Below are positions 38,901 to 51,930 of a DNA stretch of 64,000 nucleotides, one piece after another; position 1 is the first letter of the stretch, and each line of letters begins with the position of its first letter. The stretch covers positions 14,652,276 to 14,716,275 of the forward strand of contig NC_057718.1 of the NCBI RefSeq assembly GCF_004010195.1. Direction: 5' to 3'. The notes under the pieces were generated by a model, which saw only the letters and a list, made by a program, of their open reading frames with translations, had not been told where the DNA came from and did no database searches. This DNA is from Chiloscyllium plagiosum. Taxonomy: Eukaryota. A program made the position numbers and the translations under genes.

Positions 38901-39029
38901 TATCCCTCGTACTTCTCCTTTATGAGCAAGGGGATTGTTATCGGATGTCTTTCCCGATTTAATCTAAGACATATGTGAAACTAGCTTTATTGAAGGAAAC
39001 ATTAAGTTAACTTAGAACTGTGGATCCAA

Positions 39030-39910
39030 ATAGAGTGATAGAGGTGTACAGCACAGAAACAGACCCTTAAGTCCAACTCGTTCGCGCAGACTAGATATCC
39101 TAAACTGATCTAGTCCCATTTGCCAGTTTTTGGCCCATATCTCTGTAAACCTTTCCTATTCATATACTCATTAAATGCTGTAATTGTACCAGCCTTCACT
39201 TCCTCTGGCAGCTCATTCCATTCATGCACCAGTCTCTGTGTTAAGAAGTTGCCCGTTCGGTCTCTTTTAAATCTTCCCTTTCACCTGAAACGCATCTCCT
39301 CTAGTTCTGGACTCCCCTACTCTGGGAAAAAAAGACCTTGTCTCTTCACTCTATCCATGCCTTTCATGATTTTATAAACTTCTATCAGGTCAGTCCTCAG
39401 CCTCTGACGCTTCAGTAAAAATAACCCCAGCTTATTCAGCCTCTTCCATAGCTCAAACTCTCCAACCCCAGCAACATCCTTGTAGATCTTTTCTGAACCT
39501 TCTCAAGTTTGACAACATTTTTGTTATGGCAGGGAGACCAGAATTGAACGCAGTATTCTCAAGGTGACCTTGCCAATGTCCTGTTCGGCTGCAACATGAC
39601 ATCCCAACTCCAATTCTTAATGCACTCACCAATGGAGGCAAGCGTACTAAATGCCTTCTTTACCACCCTGTCTACTTTCCACTCCACTTTCAAGGAACTG
39701 TGCACTTGCACACCTAAGTCCCATTGTTTGGCAACACTCCCCAGGGCCCTACCATTACCTGTATAAGTCCTGCCCTGATTTGCCTTAGCAAAATGCAACA
39801 TCCCATCTTTATCAATAACTAAACTCCGTCTGCCACCCCTTGGCCCATTGGCTCACCTGATCAAGGTCCTGTTGTCCTCTGAGATAAACTGCTTCACTGT
39901 TCACTATGCC
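39030..39910 (-). mobile_element. CR1/HER1-like LINE RT C-terminal part and 3' end
   Basis: LHFAKANQGRTYT..DLGVQVHSSLKV..VDRVVKKA. Confidence 0.92.
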
Positions 39911-40832
39911 TGCCTGAAGACTAGGAAAGCCACTGGATTAGCAAGCAGGAAAAGCTAATGGAAAGTAGTTTCTATTTGATTCAGTAGCCAATAAAGTCCT
40001 TATGGACTCACAAGGTGTGTGTTCAAAAATTTACAATTACGAGAAGCTTCAGTTAAAAATAGGAAGTAATGAGGTTGTGGATTGGTAGACCATTGTCGCA
40101 GCAGACAAATGGTTCATGCTGGCAAATTGGTTTTCTGACTATTCTGACCTTACGTTGCAGCTGATTTGGTAATGTTTGATGCTGACACATAACTAAAATT
40201 TAGTTTCCAATAGCAAGCAGTCCTTCACCTAATAAACATGAAAAGAGAGCGATGGAGAGAGCTAACTTTGACTCTGTTCACTCCCTGACTGAAGCAGCCA
40301 AGTCATTCCTTTGTTTGTGTGTGTGTGTGTAAAGAGCCACATAAACCTTTTTTTTTTATTAATGTGGTTCCAATTCTGCTCGAGTTTATGGGGTAAATCT
40401 TATCCCTTTGGGTCTAATTCATAAACTCAGAAAAGTACTTCCTACCACATCAGTACGATTTTTCCACTTCCCTCACTAGTTATCAATGTGACTTCCCCAA
40501 GTGAGATTTAATGTCAAGGATTGCACAACTCTGTGCAGTCTGTGGTCTATGTGGATCTAAGCTCTGAGTTGGGCTGACATTCTTTCATTATGGTCTCACC
40601 ATCACTGCCTGTAACAAGTCCAAACACTTCAGCCCAATGCAGTTCGATCCTTGGGAAATCATTCTCCTGAAAACCAACCTTGCCTTCTTCAAAAAGTGAC
40701 AAAATAATTTCTGCTGTTCCTTATTTGAGGAATATAAACATTTTTCAAAGTGAAAGAAGCCTTTTGTACCTCATTCAATATGTGTTCCATTTATCAACAG
40801 ATGGGGAAAGTAGACAAACAGAGAATTCACAG

Positions 40833-40921
40833 TTGAGAATGTGGCGCTGAAAAAGCACAGCAGTTCAGGCAGCATCCGAGGAGTAGGGAGAGTCAACGTT
40901 TCAGGGCATAAGCCCTTCATC
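40833..40921 (-). mobile_element. Short Penelope-like family A insertion
   Basis: 15-bp direct repeat acagagaattcacag at 40818-40832 and 40922-40936; truncated hammerhead core. Confidence 0.8.
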
Positions 40922-40999
40922 ACAGAGAATTCACAGCCCTCCTGGTGAAGGGCCACTATCTTTCTCCACACATTGACAAGTTTTTCACTTTTCAGTATT

Positions 41000-41312
41000 A
41001 GATTACTTACAGCGTGGAAACAGGCCCTTTAGCCCAACAAGTCCACACCGACCCGCCGAAGCGCAACCCACCCAGACCCATTCCCCTACATTTACCCCTC
41101 CCCCTAACACTACGAACAATTTAGCATGGCCAATTCACCTAACCTGCACATTTTTGGATTGTGGGAGGAAACCGGAGCACCCGGAGGAAACCCACGCAGA
41201 CACGGGGAGAATGTGCAAACTCCACACAGAGAGTCGCCTAAGGCGGGAATTGAACTCTGGTCTCTGGCGCTGTGAGGCAGCAGTGCTAACCATTGCACCA
41301 CCGTGCCGCCCA
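41000..41312 (-). mobile_element. HE1-like SINE, full length, with target-site duplication
   Basis: cagtatt at 40993-40999 and 41313-41319. Confidence 0.95.
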
Positions 41313-42309
41313 CAGTATTCAGGGCACTGAATTTACAAAGGCTGAGTATTGCTGTGACAAACTCTTGGACAATGTATTGGATAATGATGTTAATGAGGCA
41401 TCTGACACAGAGCTCTCACCGGCCTCTCCAAGTGTGCTGAACCTAAATTGGAATCACACTGGGGCTTAAGTGGGTGGATCGAAACAGTCTTTTGAATGAT
41501 CTAGTTAATACCAATGGAGCCTGCTTCACCCAAACAAACCTCTAAGTCTGGGGAGCCAGAGACAGACCACATAGTTTGTGCTCTGGCTGCAACAAAATCT
41601 TTAATCATTAATGTCATCTTGTTGATACTCCCATGCAGCATTTGGAATGTGCTGCACTGCAAAAAAAATGCAATATTAAACTGACACCTTGTCCATTCTA
41701 TCACACGGATGGAGAAGATACTATAACACCATCTGAGTTATAACCTGTTGTCCTGGTCAATATTGACCCTGCAACCAAAATTAAAACAGGCCCATTGGTC
41801 CTGGGTCTCATTTATGTTTGTGCAATCTTGTTGTATACAAATTGGTTTCCATATTACCTTGTGCTGAATCAATATACTGCACTTTGAAAGAAATTCATTG
41901 GCCGGATAAAGTTTGAGGTGTGCGGAGGATGTATTTATAAAGTGTCTCTTGCAAGTTGTTGCTTTCTTCTTTACTGTCTCTCCACTGCATTAGTTTGTGC
42001 ACCCCTTGATGCCCTAGCTGGAGTTGGTCCACGTGGAGGTCTTTGTAAACTATTACATGGAACTGTGTAGTTCTTCACTGTGGAAAAATAGTGTCATCTC
42101 TCACTGACACTTCAGTACAATCATGGAAAGCTGTGGCTGTTTATCACTTCACACCCATAACGTAGCCAGTTAAGCTGGTGGAGAGGGAAGAGTGGGTTAA
42201 ATTGAAATAGTTACATGAGGAAGGATACAATGGAATGTAAATTTCAAGATGACTGATTGAGCTTGAGCTGTATCTATTAATTCTGCTTAATTATTCGCAA
42301 GTGAAAGGC

Positions 42310-42650
42310 TTTCTTTTACTAATTCCCAAGATGTGGACATCTCTGGCTAGGCAGTGTTTATTGCCCAGCTTTAATAGCCCAGAGGGCAGTTCAGAGTCAA
42401 CCACATTGCTGTAGGTCTGGAATCTCATATAGGCCAGTCCAGGTAAGGATGGCAGTTTCCTTCCCTAAAGGACATTATTGAACAAGATGGGGTTTCCATT
42501 AATCAGCAATTGTTTCATGGTCATCATTAGACCCCCTAATTCCAGATTTTTATTGAATTCAAATTCCACCAAAACCAGGTCCCCAGAATATTACCAGGGT
42601 CGCTGGATTACTCATCCATGATAACACCATGAGGCCATTGCGTCACCTGG
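42310..42650 (-). mobile_element. tRNA-derived SINE, same family as 19228
   Basis: Reverse complement of the shared body: ggtaaggatggcagtttccttccctaaagg...attgaattcaaattccacc. Confidence 0.75.
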
Positions 42651-42699
42651 CTGGGGATTGACTTGTGCTCCTATCTATAAATGCACACTGAAACATGTT

Positions 42700-44908
42700 G
42701 AAACCGGGACTACCAGAGTGTTAAGGCTTGGATGGGGTGAATTTTGTTAAGGGTGTTCAGGAAATCTCTCTCAATCAATATGTAGATGACCCTACTAGAG
42801 AAGGGGCAAAACTCAATCTCCTCCTGGGAAATAAGGCAGGGCAAGTGACTGAGGTGCTCGTGGAGGAGTACTTTGGGGCCAGTGACAACAATTCTATTAG
42901 TTTTAAAATAATTATGGATAAGGATAGGTCTGGTCCACAGGTTAAAGTCCTAAACTGCATCAAGGCCAATTTTGAATGTATTAGACAGGAACGGTGGCAC
43001 GGTGGCACAGTGGTTAGCACTGCTGCCTCACAGCCCCTGAGACCCGGGTTCAATTCCCGCTTCAGGCGACTGTCTGTGTGGAGTTTGCTCGTTCTCCCCG
43101 TGTCTGCGTGGGTTTCCTCCGGGTGCTCCGGTTTCCTCCCACAGTCACAAAGATGTGCAGGGCCAGGTGAATTGGCCATACTAAATTGCCCGTAGTGTTA
43201 GGTAAGGGGTAAATGTAGGGGAATCTAATCTAATCAAAAAAAAACTTCCAAAAGTTGACTGGGGGAGGCTGTTCACAGGTAAAAGGACATCTGGCAAATG
43301 AGAGGCTTTCAAAGTGAGATTAAAAAGAATTCAGGGCCAGCATGTTCCTGTTAATGTAAAGGGCAAGGCTGATAGGGATAGGGTACACTGGATGACTAGA
43401 GATATTGGGGTTCTGGTCAAGAATAAGGAGGCATATGTCAGGTATAGGTAGCTGGGCTCAAGTGAATCTATTGAGGGATGTGGGGATGAAGGAGTACACT
43501 GAAGAAGGAAATCAGGAGGGCAAAAAGGGGGCATTCGATAGTTTTGGCAGATAAGGCAAAGGAGAATCTAAAGAGACTCTACAAATACATTAAGGGCAAA
43601 ATAGTAACTAGGGAAAGAATAGAGCCCCTTAAAGATCAACAAGGTTGTCTGTGTATGGTACCACTGTTGGTGGTGAGACCCTAAATGAATATTTCTCATT
43701 AGTATTTACCATGGAGAAAGACGTGGAAGCTACGGAACTTGGGGAAATAAACAGAAATGTCTTGAAAAGGACCTTATCAAGTAAATCCCAGGGAATTATG
43801 GGAAGCTAGGGAAGAAATTGCAGGCAGGAGAAAGTGAGGACTGCAGATGCTGGAGATCAGAGCTGAAAAATGTGTTGCAGGAAAAGCGCAGCAGGTCAGG
43901 CAGCATCCAAGGAGCAGGAGAATCGTCGATTCAGGCATAAGCCCTTCTTCAGGAATGATGAAGGTGTGCCAAGCAGGCTGGAGGGAGGAGGGACTTGGGG
44001 GAGGGGCGTTGGGAATGCGATAGGTGGAAGGAGGTTAAGGTGAGGGTGATAGGCCGGAGAGGGGGTGGGGGCGGAGAGGTCGGGAAGAAGATTACAGGTC
44101 AAGAAGGCGGTGCTGAGTCCGAGGGTTGGGACTGAGAAAAGGTGGGGGGAGGGGAAATGAGGAAGCTGGAGAAATCTGCATTCATCCCTTGTGGTTGGAG
44201 GGTTCCTTGGCGGAAGATGAGGCGCTCTTCCTCCAGGCGTCGTGTTGCCATGGTCTGGCGATGGAGGAGGCCAAGGACCTGCATGTCCTTGGCGGAGTGG
44301 GAGGGGGAGTTAAAGTGTTCAGCCACGGGGCGGTTGGGTTGGTTGGTGCGAGTGTCCCAAGGTCTATGACAAAGTTTTGCATGGTGGAATTGTTAGCAAG
44401 GTAAGATCACATGGGACCCAGGGAGAGCTAGTCAACTAACTTGACAATAAGAGACAGAGGGTGTGGTAGAGGGCTGTTATGCTGATGGAAGCCTGTGACC
44501 AGTAGTGTGCCGCAAGGATCGGTGCTGTGTCTACTATGCTTGTCATTTATATAACCGATTTAGATGAGAATATAGGACTTAGAATTAGAACTAGCTTTAC
44601 TGTCACATGTACTCACATGAGTACAATGAAAAATTCACACATCGTCGATTACGGCACCATCTTAGACACAAATGGGCAACGTTTTCACGCAGAATATGGT
44701 GCATATATGAAACGAGCTGCCAGAAGAAGTGCTTGAGATGGGTACAATTACAATATTTAAAAATCATTTGGACAGTTCCATGGACAGGAAGGGTTTAGAG
44801 GGATTTGGGCTAAACACAGGCAAGTTGGGCGAGTTCAGTTGAGCAAACCTGGTTGGCATGGATGAATTGGGCCAAAGGGCCTGTTTCTGTGCTGTATGAC
44901 TCTATAAC
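42700..44908 (+). mobile_element. Fragmented CR1 ORF2 with nested HE1 SINE (42992-43236) and Penelope fragment
   Basis: QYVDDPTREGAKLNLLLGN..ASDNNSISF (APE endonuclease end), later YITDLDE, and a CR1 tail; large internal deletions. Confidence 0.85.
43825..44359 (-). mobile_element. Penelope-like retroelement 3' fragment: GIY-YIG endonuclease C-terminus plus family A terminal repeat
   Basis: PVAEHFNSPSHSAKDMQVLGL...RRLEEERLIFRQGTLQPQGMN matches the HF...R..E...I...GxN pattern of Penelope GIY-YIG domains; followed by a decayed hammerhead at about 43925-43952. Confidence 0.88.
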
Positions 44909-45371
44909 TAGTTGTTGGGTTAGGGCGTTTACATTTGTAATTTGTATCACTGTAAAGAAATGTTTAAAAAAGTGTTTGAAGATTGGCTCCAGGTTTATCT
45001 TACACCAACTGGTTTTCTAGAATAGAACAAGGCTGAATCACTGTTTAATTCCACAAGGCTTAATCCATGGAGGCAAGAATCATACAGGTCCATTGAAGTA
45101 CCAAAACGTCAGGCCACTATTAAAATAACTCACATTGATATGATCTGTCAGAATTCTTCAGTGGGCTTCACAATTGAAGAAGTACAGTCCCAGTTATTAG
45201 TCTGTGGAAGTTGGTCTGCTGAGGATTTCACACAGTACAATAGCTAGCGCTCGAGTAACTCAGGGGCCAAGTCTGTCAGTATTAAATATCATTCTCATTG
45301 CTACATTCTCCCCAGTGTTGACAGCTCAGTTAAAATGAGCAGCTCAAAACAATCATCCACATAGAGCTCTT

Positions 45372-46160
45372 TAAGACCATAACAAATGTGAACAGGAGTA
45401 GGCTGGTCAGCCCTTTAAACCTGCCCTGCCATTCAATAGGATCATGGCTGATTCGACATTCCTGCCCTTTCCCTGTAACCCTTGATTCCCTGAGTGATCA
45501 AGAACTTATCTATCTCAACCTTAAACAGACACAAGACCTCTATCCCCACAGTTCTTTGGCAAGGAGTTCCAAAGACTCTCAATCTTCTGAGAGAAGAGGT
45601 TCCTTCTCATCACAGTCTTGAATTGGCACTGCTTTATTCTGAGAGTTTGCCCTCTAATCCATGACTCTCCATTGCGGGGGGCAGGGGAAGGCAGAGGAAC
45701 ATCCTCTCAGCATTTACTGTGTAAAACCCCTGAGAAATCCTATATGTTTCAATGAGATCACCTCTCATTCTTTTAAACTTCAACGAGTAGAGTTCTAACC
45801 TGGTTAGCCTTTGCTCATAAGTCAATCCCTCCATATCAGGGATCATCCTAGTGAATCTTCTCTGAAGTAGCTTCAATGAAAAATATCTTTACTTAAATAA
45901 GGGGGCTAAAAATGCTCACAGCACTCCTGATGTGGTTACACCAGCTCCTTGCACAGTTGCTGTAAGACTTCCCTACTGTTATACTCCAATCCCCTTGAAA
46001 TAGGGACCAACATTCAATTCGCCTTCCTGATTATCAGGTGCTAGCTTTCTGTGTCTCATGCGCAAATGCCCCATGTCCCTTTGTGTTGCAGCTTTTTGCA
46101 ATTCTCCCTCATTTAAATGATACTCTATCCTTTTGGTCTCCCTTCAAAAATGAACAACTT
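45372..46160 (-). mobile_element. CR1 3' fragment
   Basis: LQRRFTRMIPDMEGLTYEQRL..MRGDLIETY. Confidence 0.88.
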
Positions 46161-47802
46161 TGCAACAACATCTCTGAGGAAAGTTCACTTCTCGTTGGCC
46201 TATTGGTTTCCATTGGGTGCTGATTTATCGAGGTGCTCCAAGACTGCTTAGCGGTATGGTTTCCTCATGTTTATTAACACCCTGATTTTAGAGTTTCTGC
46301 ATTACTAAACACTCTGTATGGGTTGACTGATTGCCGTTAGAAATGCCATCAAAAGATCTGTTCCCTTCAGATTTGGAGAGGTCCTTGAATATTGGTCCTT
46401 GGATTCACCAACTTGGAGTATTCCCCCCATTGATACTCAATTGGATTTGAAGGAGCTGCATTTACACAGCACCTTTCCTGACCTCAGGACTCATCAAAGC
46501 AGCTGACAGCCAATGAAGCACACTGGAAGAGGACCCACTGTTGTAATGCACGTGACGGGGAATCGAAATTGCACTAAGCAAGGTTTGACAAATGGAAATG
46601 TGATAAACTTACACGAAAATCTGTTTTGCCTGTTGACTGGGGAATAGACACGGAAGAGGACGTCAGGGAACAAACCCTCTGATCTTCAAGATATTGCCAG
46701 TGGATCTTTTATTTCTACTGCTGTGAGGATCAAGGGGGCCTTGAGTTAAAGCTGGCTGAATTGTGACCAGGTAACCAATGTTAATTATTGAAAAATTTCA
46801 CCTGGTTCATTGGTGGAAATCTGCTTTCCTCACCTGGTCTAGTCCAATGTGAATCCACAGTCATGTGGTTCACTGACATTTGAACAATCACCATGGACAA
46901 TAAATGTTGGTCTAGCCAGTGACATCCACATACCATGAATGAACATTTTAAAAAATATGCCTCATCAGCAAAACAGCAGCTTGGACAGTACAACACTCGC
47001 TTAGCCTTCTCAATCAAGGGTGAGATTGCCATCTACTGAGTCACTCTTGGCAATGAATATTCACCTCTAACCATGTCCTCTCCACAGAACACTTCCTACA
47101 ATGAGTTCCAACAGTCGATCATCATGTTCAGAGCCGTTTAATCCAAGTCTTCAAGCTGCCCCTTTAATTTTCTTTGTGATAATCTTACAAGGCAATGTTC
47201 CAGCAGATAAGATGTAACTCTACTCGACATTAATAAATCTTTAATTAAATCCACTTTGGTGGTGCTTTGAAGACACAATGGCCAAATCGCCAAGCAGACT
47301 GCTCATGGGAGCCCCTATTCAAGACGAACGGCGACAAACATAACTCATTAATAGAAGCGTCACATTAATTCTATCCTGAGGCACAGGCTCAGATAGGAAT
47401 TGGTAAAGCTGCAGGTATCTGTCACAGAATCAAGGTCACAGTAATCACATAGATTTCTAATGCATTATCTCATTGAGGTCAGCCTCAGACACCATTAAAC
47501 ACAGTATGATTCTGCTCATCAATACTCTAATCTCTATAGAGACTGATACCTACTTATAAAAAAGGAAACTGCTGGACTTGCATTCATTTTCTAAAACTAA
47601 TTAAATCAGCAGAATTCGAATATCAATTAAAAAGCAATGGAAATTTCAAATGAAAAGCTAAATTTCACTTTAAATAGTCGATACAATTACATCATATGTC
47701 TCTAGTAGTAACAAGCACTTACTTCTTCCACAGGCAACATATAATCTCAAAATCTTTCTGCCTCAACCTCTGTAATCTCTCATTTTGCACTCAACCGCTG
47801 GA

Positions 47803-48223
47803 GGAGGTTGGAGGGGTTGAGTTAGAGGGAGAGGCTGAATGGGCTGGGGCTGTTTTCTCTGGAGCTGAGGGGTGACCTTATAGAGGTTTATAAAATCATG
47901 AAAGGCATGGATAGGGTGAATAGCCAAGGTCTTTTTCCCAGGGGTGGGGGGAGTCCAAAACTACAGCGCATATGTTTAAGAGAAAAGGTGAAAGATTTAA
48001 AAGGAACCTGTATGGTGCATGTATGGAATGAGCTGCCAGAGGAAGTGGTGGAGGTGGATACAATTGCAATGTTTGAAAGGCATCTGAATGGGTACATGGA
48101 TAGGAAGGGTTTAGAGTGATATGGGCCAAATGCTGGCAAATGAGTCTACATTAGTTTAGGATATCTGGTCGGCATGGCCAAGTTGGACTGAAGGGTCTGT
48201 TTTTGTGCTGTACATCTCTATGA
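47803..48223 (+). mobile_element. CR1/HER1-like LINE 3' fragment
   Basis: MKGMDRVNSQGLFP..VWNELPEEVVE. Confidence 0.9.
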
Positions 48224-48859
48224 CCCTGTGCTTCGATCCTTGCATTGATTTCATCAGCAGCTATGTATCATCTGAAAGTCTTACACACGGCTATCACTGC
48301 CATGGCACATGTTTATCAGTCATTTCTCACTCAAGTCATGGCAGTTCTGATGGCACAGAGTCTCCAGAGAGGACCAACCGCTACCCCTTTAAATATCTGC
48401 TGGGGTGTGGTGGCACTGAAACAGCAGCAATGGCTCTTATCCAATCAACAACCTCTTGCCCTTTTCATCAGGACTCTATCCACCACCTTAAATATTTATT
48501 GTCTCCCCCACTGACACACATAAAGAAGAAGCGTTGCAGCAACTTGCTAATGTTCCATTGATACCACTTGTCAAATTTGGGGCCTCTCCTACATGGAAGG
48601 GCAGCAGAGACATGGGAACATCACCATTTGCAAGATCTCCTCCATGCCATTCTCCATCTTGACTTGGAACTTACAGTCGCTCGGCCAAAATCCTGGAATT
48701 CTCTCCCTAATAGCACTGTGGGTATAACCACATCACATGGACTGCAGTGATTCAAGAAGTTAGCTCACTACCAGCCTCTCTTGTTGTAATAAATCTGGTC
48801 TCCCCAGTGATGCCGACATCCCATGAAAGAATAAAAACAATTTCCTTCTCGAATAAATG

Positions 48860-49130
48860 ATAAAGATCCCATGACACTAATTTGAAGAAGAGCTGGGGAG
48901 TTATCTCTGGTGTTCCATCCAATACTTATCTCTCAACTAAGTTGACAAGAACAATTGACTATCTGGTCACTATCACGTTGTTATTTACATTAGCTTGCCG
49001 TGTGCAAATTGATTGCAGTGTTTCCGACATTGCATTCCTGCAGTGACCATACATCAAATGAACTTCATTTTCTTTAAAGCACATCGAGACATCCAATGAT
49101 CATATAAATTATTGGACAAATGCAACTTTG
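48860..49130 (+). mobile_element. Ancient Deu-domain-like SINE remnant (SacSINE1/AmnSINE1-type)
   Basis: gaagaagagc.ggggagtt...tatctggtca.tatcac.ttg...gtgtgcaaattg...cagtgac pattern recalled for DeuSINEs; related remnants at about 30200-30480, 38130-38330, 41730-41945, 46450-46750 and 63520-63720. Confidence 0.55.
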
Positions 49131-50390
49131 TTTCCTTTAATAAATAACTTCATACATTGCAGCACACTGAGAGACATTGGGAGCAATTTTGAACTGAGCT
49201 ACCCATTGTGTTTGAGTACTACATTGCTCTTATCTTGTGGCCCAATATACAATGTATTCATGAAAAAGGACACCGTTTTGCACAATCCCACATATTTCCC
49301 AGCCAAACCCACCACCCCCCTCCCCCAACTCGCACCAAACTTACTGAATTGATATATATTTCAGACAAAAATAATTTAGGAAAATTAATAAGGAAGATTT
49401 TTGTCCTTGTTCACTGTGGCTCTCTCCATTCCTTCCCAATTTGTCTGTATAATGATTTAACAGTGTCCCACTCACATTGCCTCTGAGTGAATGCAGATAG
49501 CTGTCCAGTCACATATTACATTGGCAGTCGGGTTTTGCCACAATGTGCCTGGAAACAACATATATTTGTAGCAATTGAACCCGTATTAATCAGACATCAA
49601 AGTAGCTAAAAGGTGCAAAGAAATAAAGACACATTTGGAAAGGATCGAGTGGTTCTCTAAATCGTGATGCAACAAGCATATCCTGTAGGAATACGGGATC
49701 AACCCTTAAAGGAAATGAGGACAGAGTTTGGAGAAAATAATTAGGATGGCATTTGAGAAGTGGATGGTAGGGTTATCTCGAAAGTTGTGCTGCTGAACAC
49801 ACAGGATGAACACGCACCCAGGAAAAGCAGGGGCAACCAAACCAAATATGGCCTTAAACAATAAACAACCTAATTGGGAGTCAATTCAGCTGATTTTCTT
49901 CTTAAAATCCAGCAGGGAGAGATGTAAAGGAGTTTCCCAACATATCTCAGTAACCCTGCACTCAACTGACCTACACTCAGTCCCTGTTTGGCATATGGTT
50001 TATTTTCAAAATGCTCATTGTTTCAAAGCAGAAGTAGGCCATTCAGCCCATTAAGTCTGCTCTATCATTCAATGTGATCGTGTCTGATCTGATAATCCAT
50101 TTTCCTGCCTTTTCTCTGTGAACTTTGATACCCTTCCTGATTAAAAGTTTGTTAACCCCAGTTTTGGATTTTCTTTATGACTGACACTCGACAGGATCCT
50201 GTGGTAAAGAATTCCATTGATTCATTACCCTCTGCGTGAAGAAATTCCTGTTCATCTCTGACCCGAACTAGGTGACCCCTAATGCTCTGGGATTTGTCTG
50301 GTCCAAGACATTCCCAGAAGGGAAACAACTGTTAAGAAGGCCCCTGAGAATTGTGCACGATTCAAATAAGTCACTGCTTATTCTTCTAAA

Positions 50391-50612
50391 GGAGAAAGTG
50401 AGGTCTGCAGATGCTGGAGATCAGAGCTGAAAATGTGTTGCTGGAAAAGCGCAGCAGGTCAGGCAGCATCCAGGGAACAGGAGAATCGACGTTTCAGGCA
50501 TAAGCCCTTCTTCAGGAATGATTCCTGAAGAAGGGCTTATGCCCGAAACGTCGATTCTCCTGTTCTCTGGATGCTGCCTGACCTGCTGCGCTTTTCCAGC
50601 AACACATTTTCA
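50391..50612. mobile_element. Near-perfect palindromic Penelope-like family A insertion with two back-to-back hammerhead cores, nested in a CR1 3' fragment (about 50025-50680, minus)
   Basis: Symmetry centre at 50520; direct repeat gcttattcttctaaa at 50376-50390 and 50613-50627; cores at 50525-50552 (+) and 50488-50515 (-). Confidence 0.88.
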
Positions 50613-51930
50613 GCTTATTCTTCTAAACCCTAGTGAGTACAGGCCCAACGTTCTCAAACTCACTTCGGAAGAAAATCCTTGTTTTCACGGCCTTTCTCTC
50701 TCCCACCCCAGCTCTGAAACCCCATTGAACCCCACAACCCTCCAATTCTGCCAATTCCCTGATTCCAGTCACTACGTCATTATGCCTCTGTTTGCTTGGC
50801 TCTGATCTCAACAATTCTCTGCCTCTTTACAGATGCTCCTGAAAGCCTCCCTCTTTGGCTAAGCCTTTGTTGATGAGTCCCAATTTCTCCTCTTCAACTG
50901 TTGTCTTTTTGATTTCTATCAGATACAGATCCTGTCCAAACGCTTTCGGGCATTCAACCTCGTTAATGGTGCCACAGGGATTTCGGTTGTCTCTAGACAC
51001 AACAACTGATGTGAATCTAGGGAGGGGCGGGGGGCGGGGGGAGACCAATTTCCTATTCCTTCCACTGCGGTTCAGCCCAGGTTACAGGCAAGGCCGAGAA
51101 ATCACTAGTTATTTGCCAGCATGTCTCAGGGGCTGTAGCGAGGACAGGTGGTGGTGCTGTGGGAAACCAGAAACCAGAAGCGTCCCCACAAATTGCACAC
51201 ACGATGCCACAAACTGGAACCATATTCACGAAACCAGTGCAGCTGCTTCATGTGAATGCAGATGTGAAAAATATAATTACCACATCAATGTCCTCAACTC
51301 AGTCCAACATGCAGTGCTGTGGCATAATCTATCTTCGTCACCGATTGAAGGCAGACCCGGGACTGAAGAACTGGATGAGTTAATTAAGTCCTGACACGTT
51401 GCTGAAACATTAACTTTTACGCCACAGTACTACATCAATGACTCAACTGGGTCAGCTCAGATGTTTGTGACATCATTGCCCACATTCACTGTCAAAAGGG
51501 GAACAAATAGTCCAAGTTGTTAAACTGAGAAAACCTGAGGGGGTGACCAAAATGTTGTAAAACAAAGTTCATATTTTACTTGAAAAGTTGACTTGAACTC
51601 CAACTTCTTAATCACTGGCCCTAAATCTATTCAGGGGTTTGAGGTAGATGACTCGCTCAGTCACAATGAAGCAGCATTCACCCTGATGAGTGCACAGGCC
51701 AAAGCTTCAGCAACAGGTCCCACTTTTCAGGAAAGTTCAAGAAACATTCAGAAGCCGAGAGTGGTTAGAAGGTAGAACTCACTTTGACAAGGAGAAATCG
51801 AGGTAACCAGTGTAGGTGTGTTTGAGGGAAAGCTATTGAAGTTGACGAGGTAGAAGATGAATGAGTGCGTGAGATGAAGTAGAATAGGAAGAGTCTTTGG
51901 GAAATATAAACATTATGTTAAATATAAACT

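Noticed and set aside
50855..51394. 179-aa Cys-containing ORF
   Set aside because: Starts in a decayed repeat, crosses a G-run, and has no recognisable domain.
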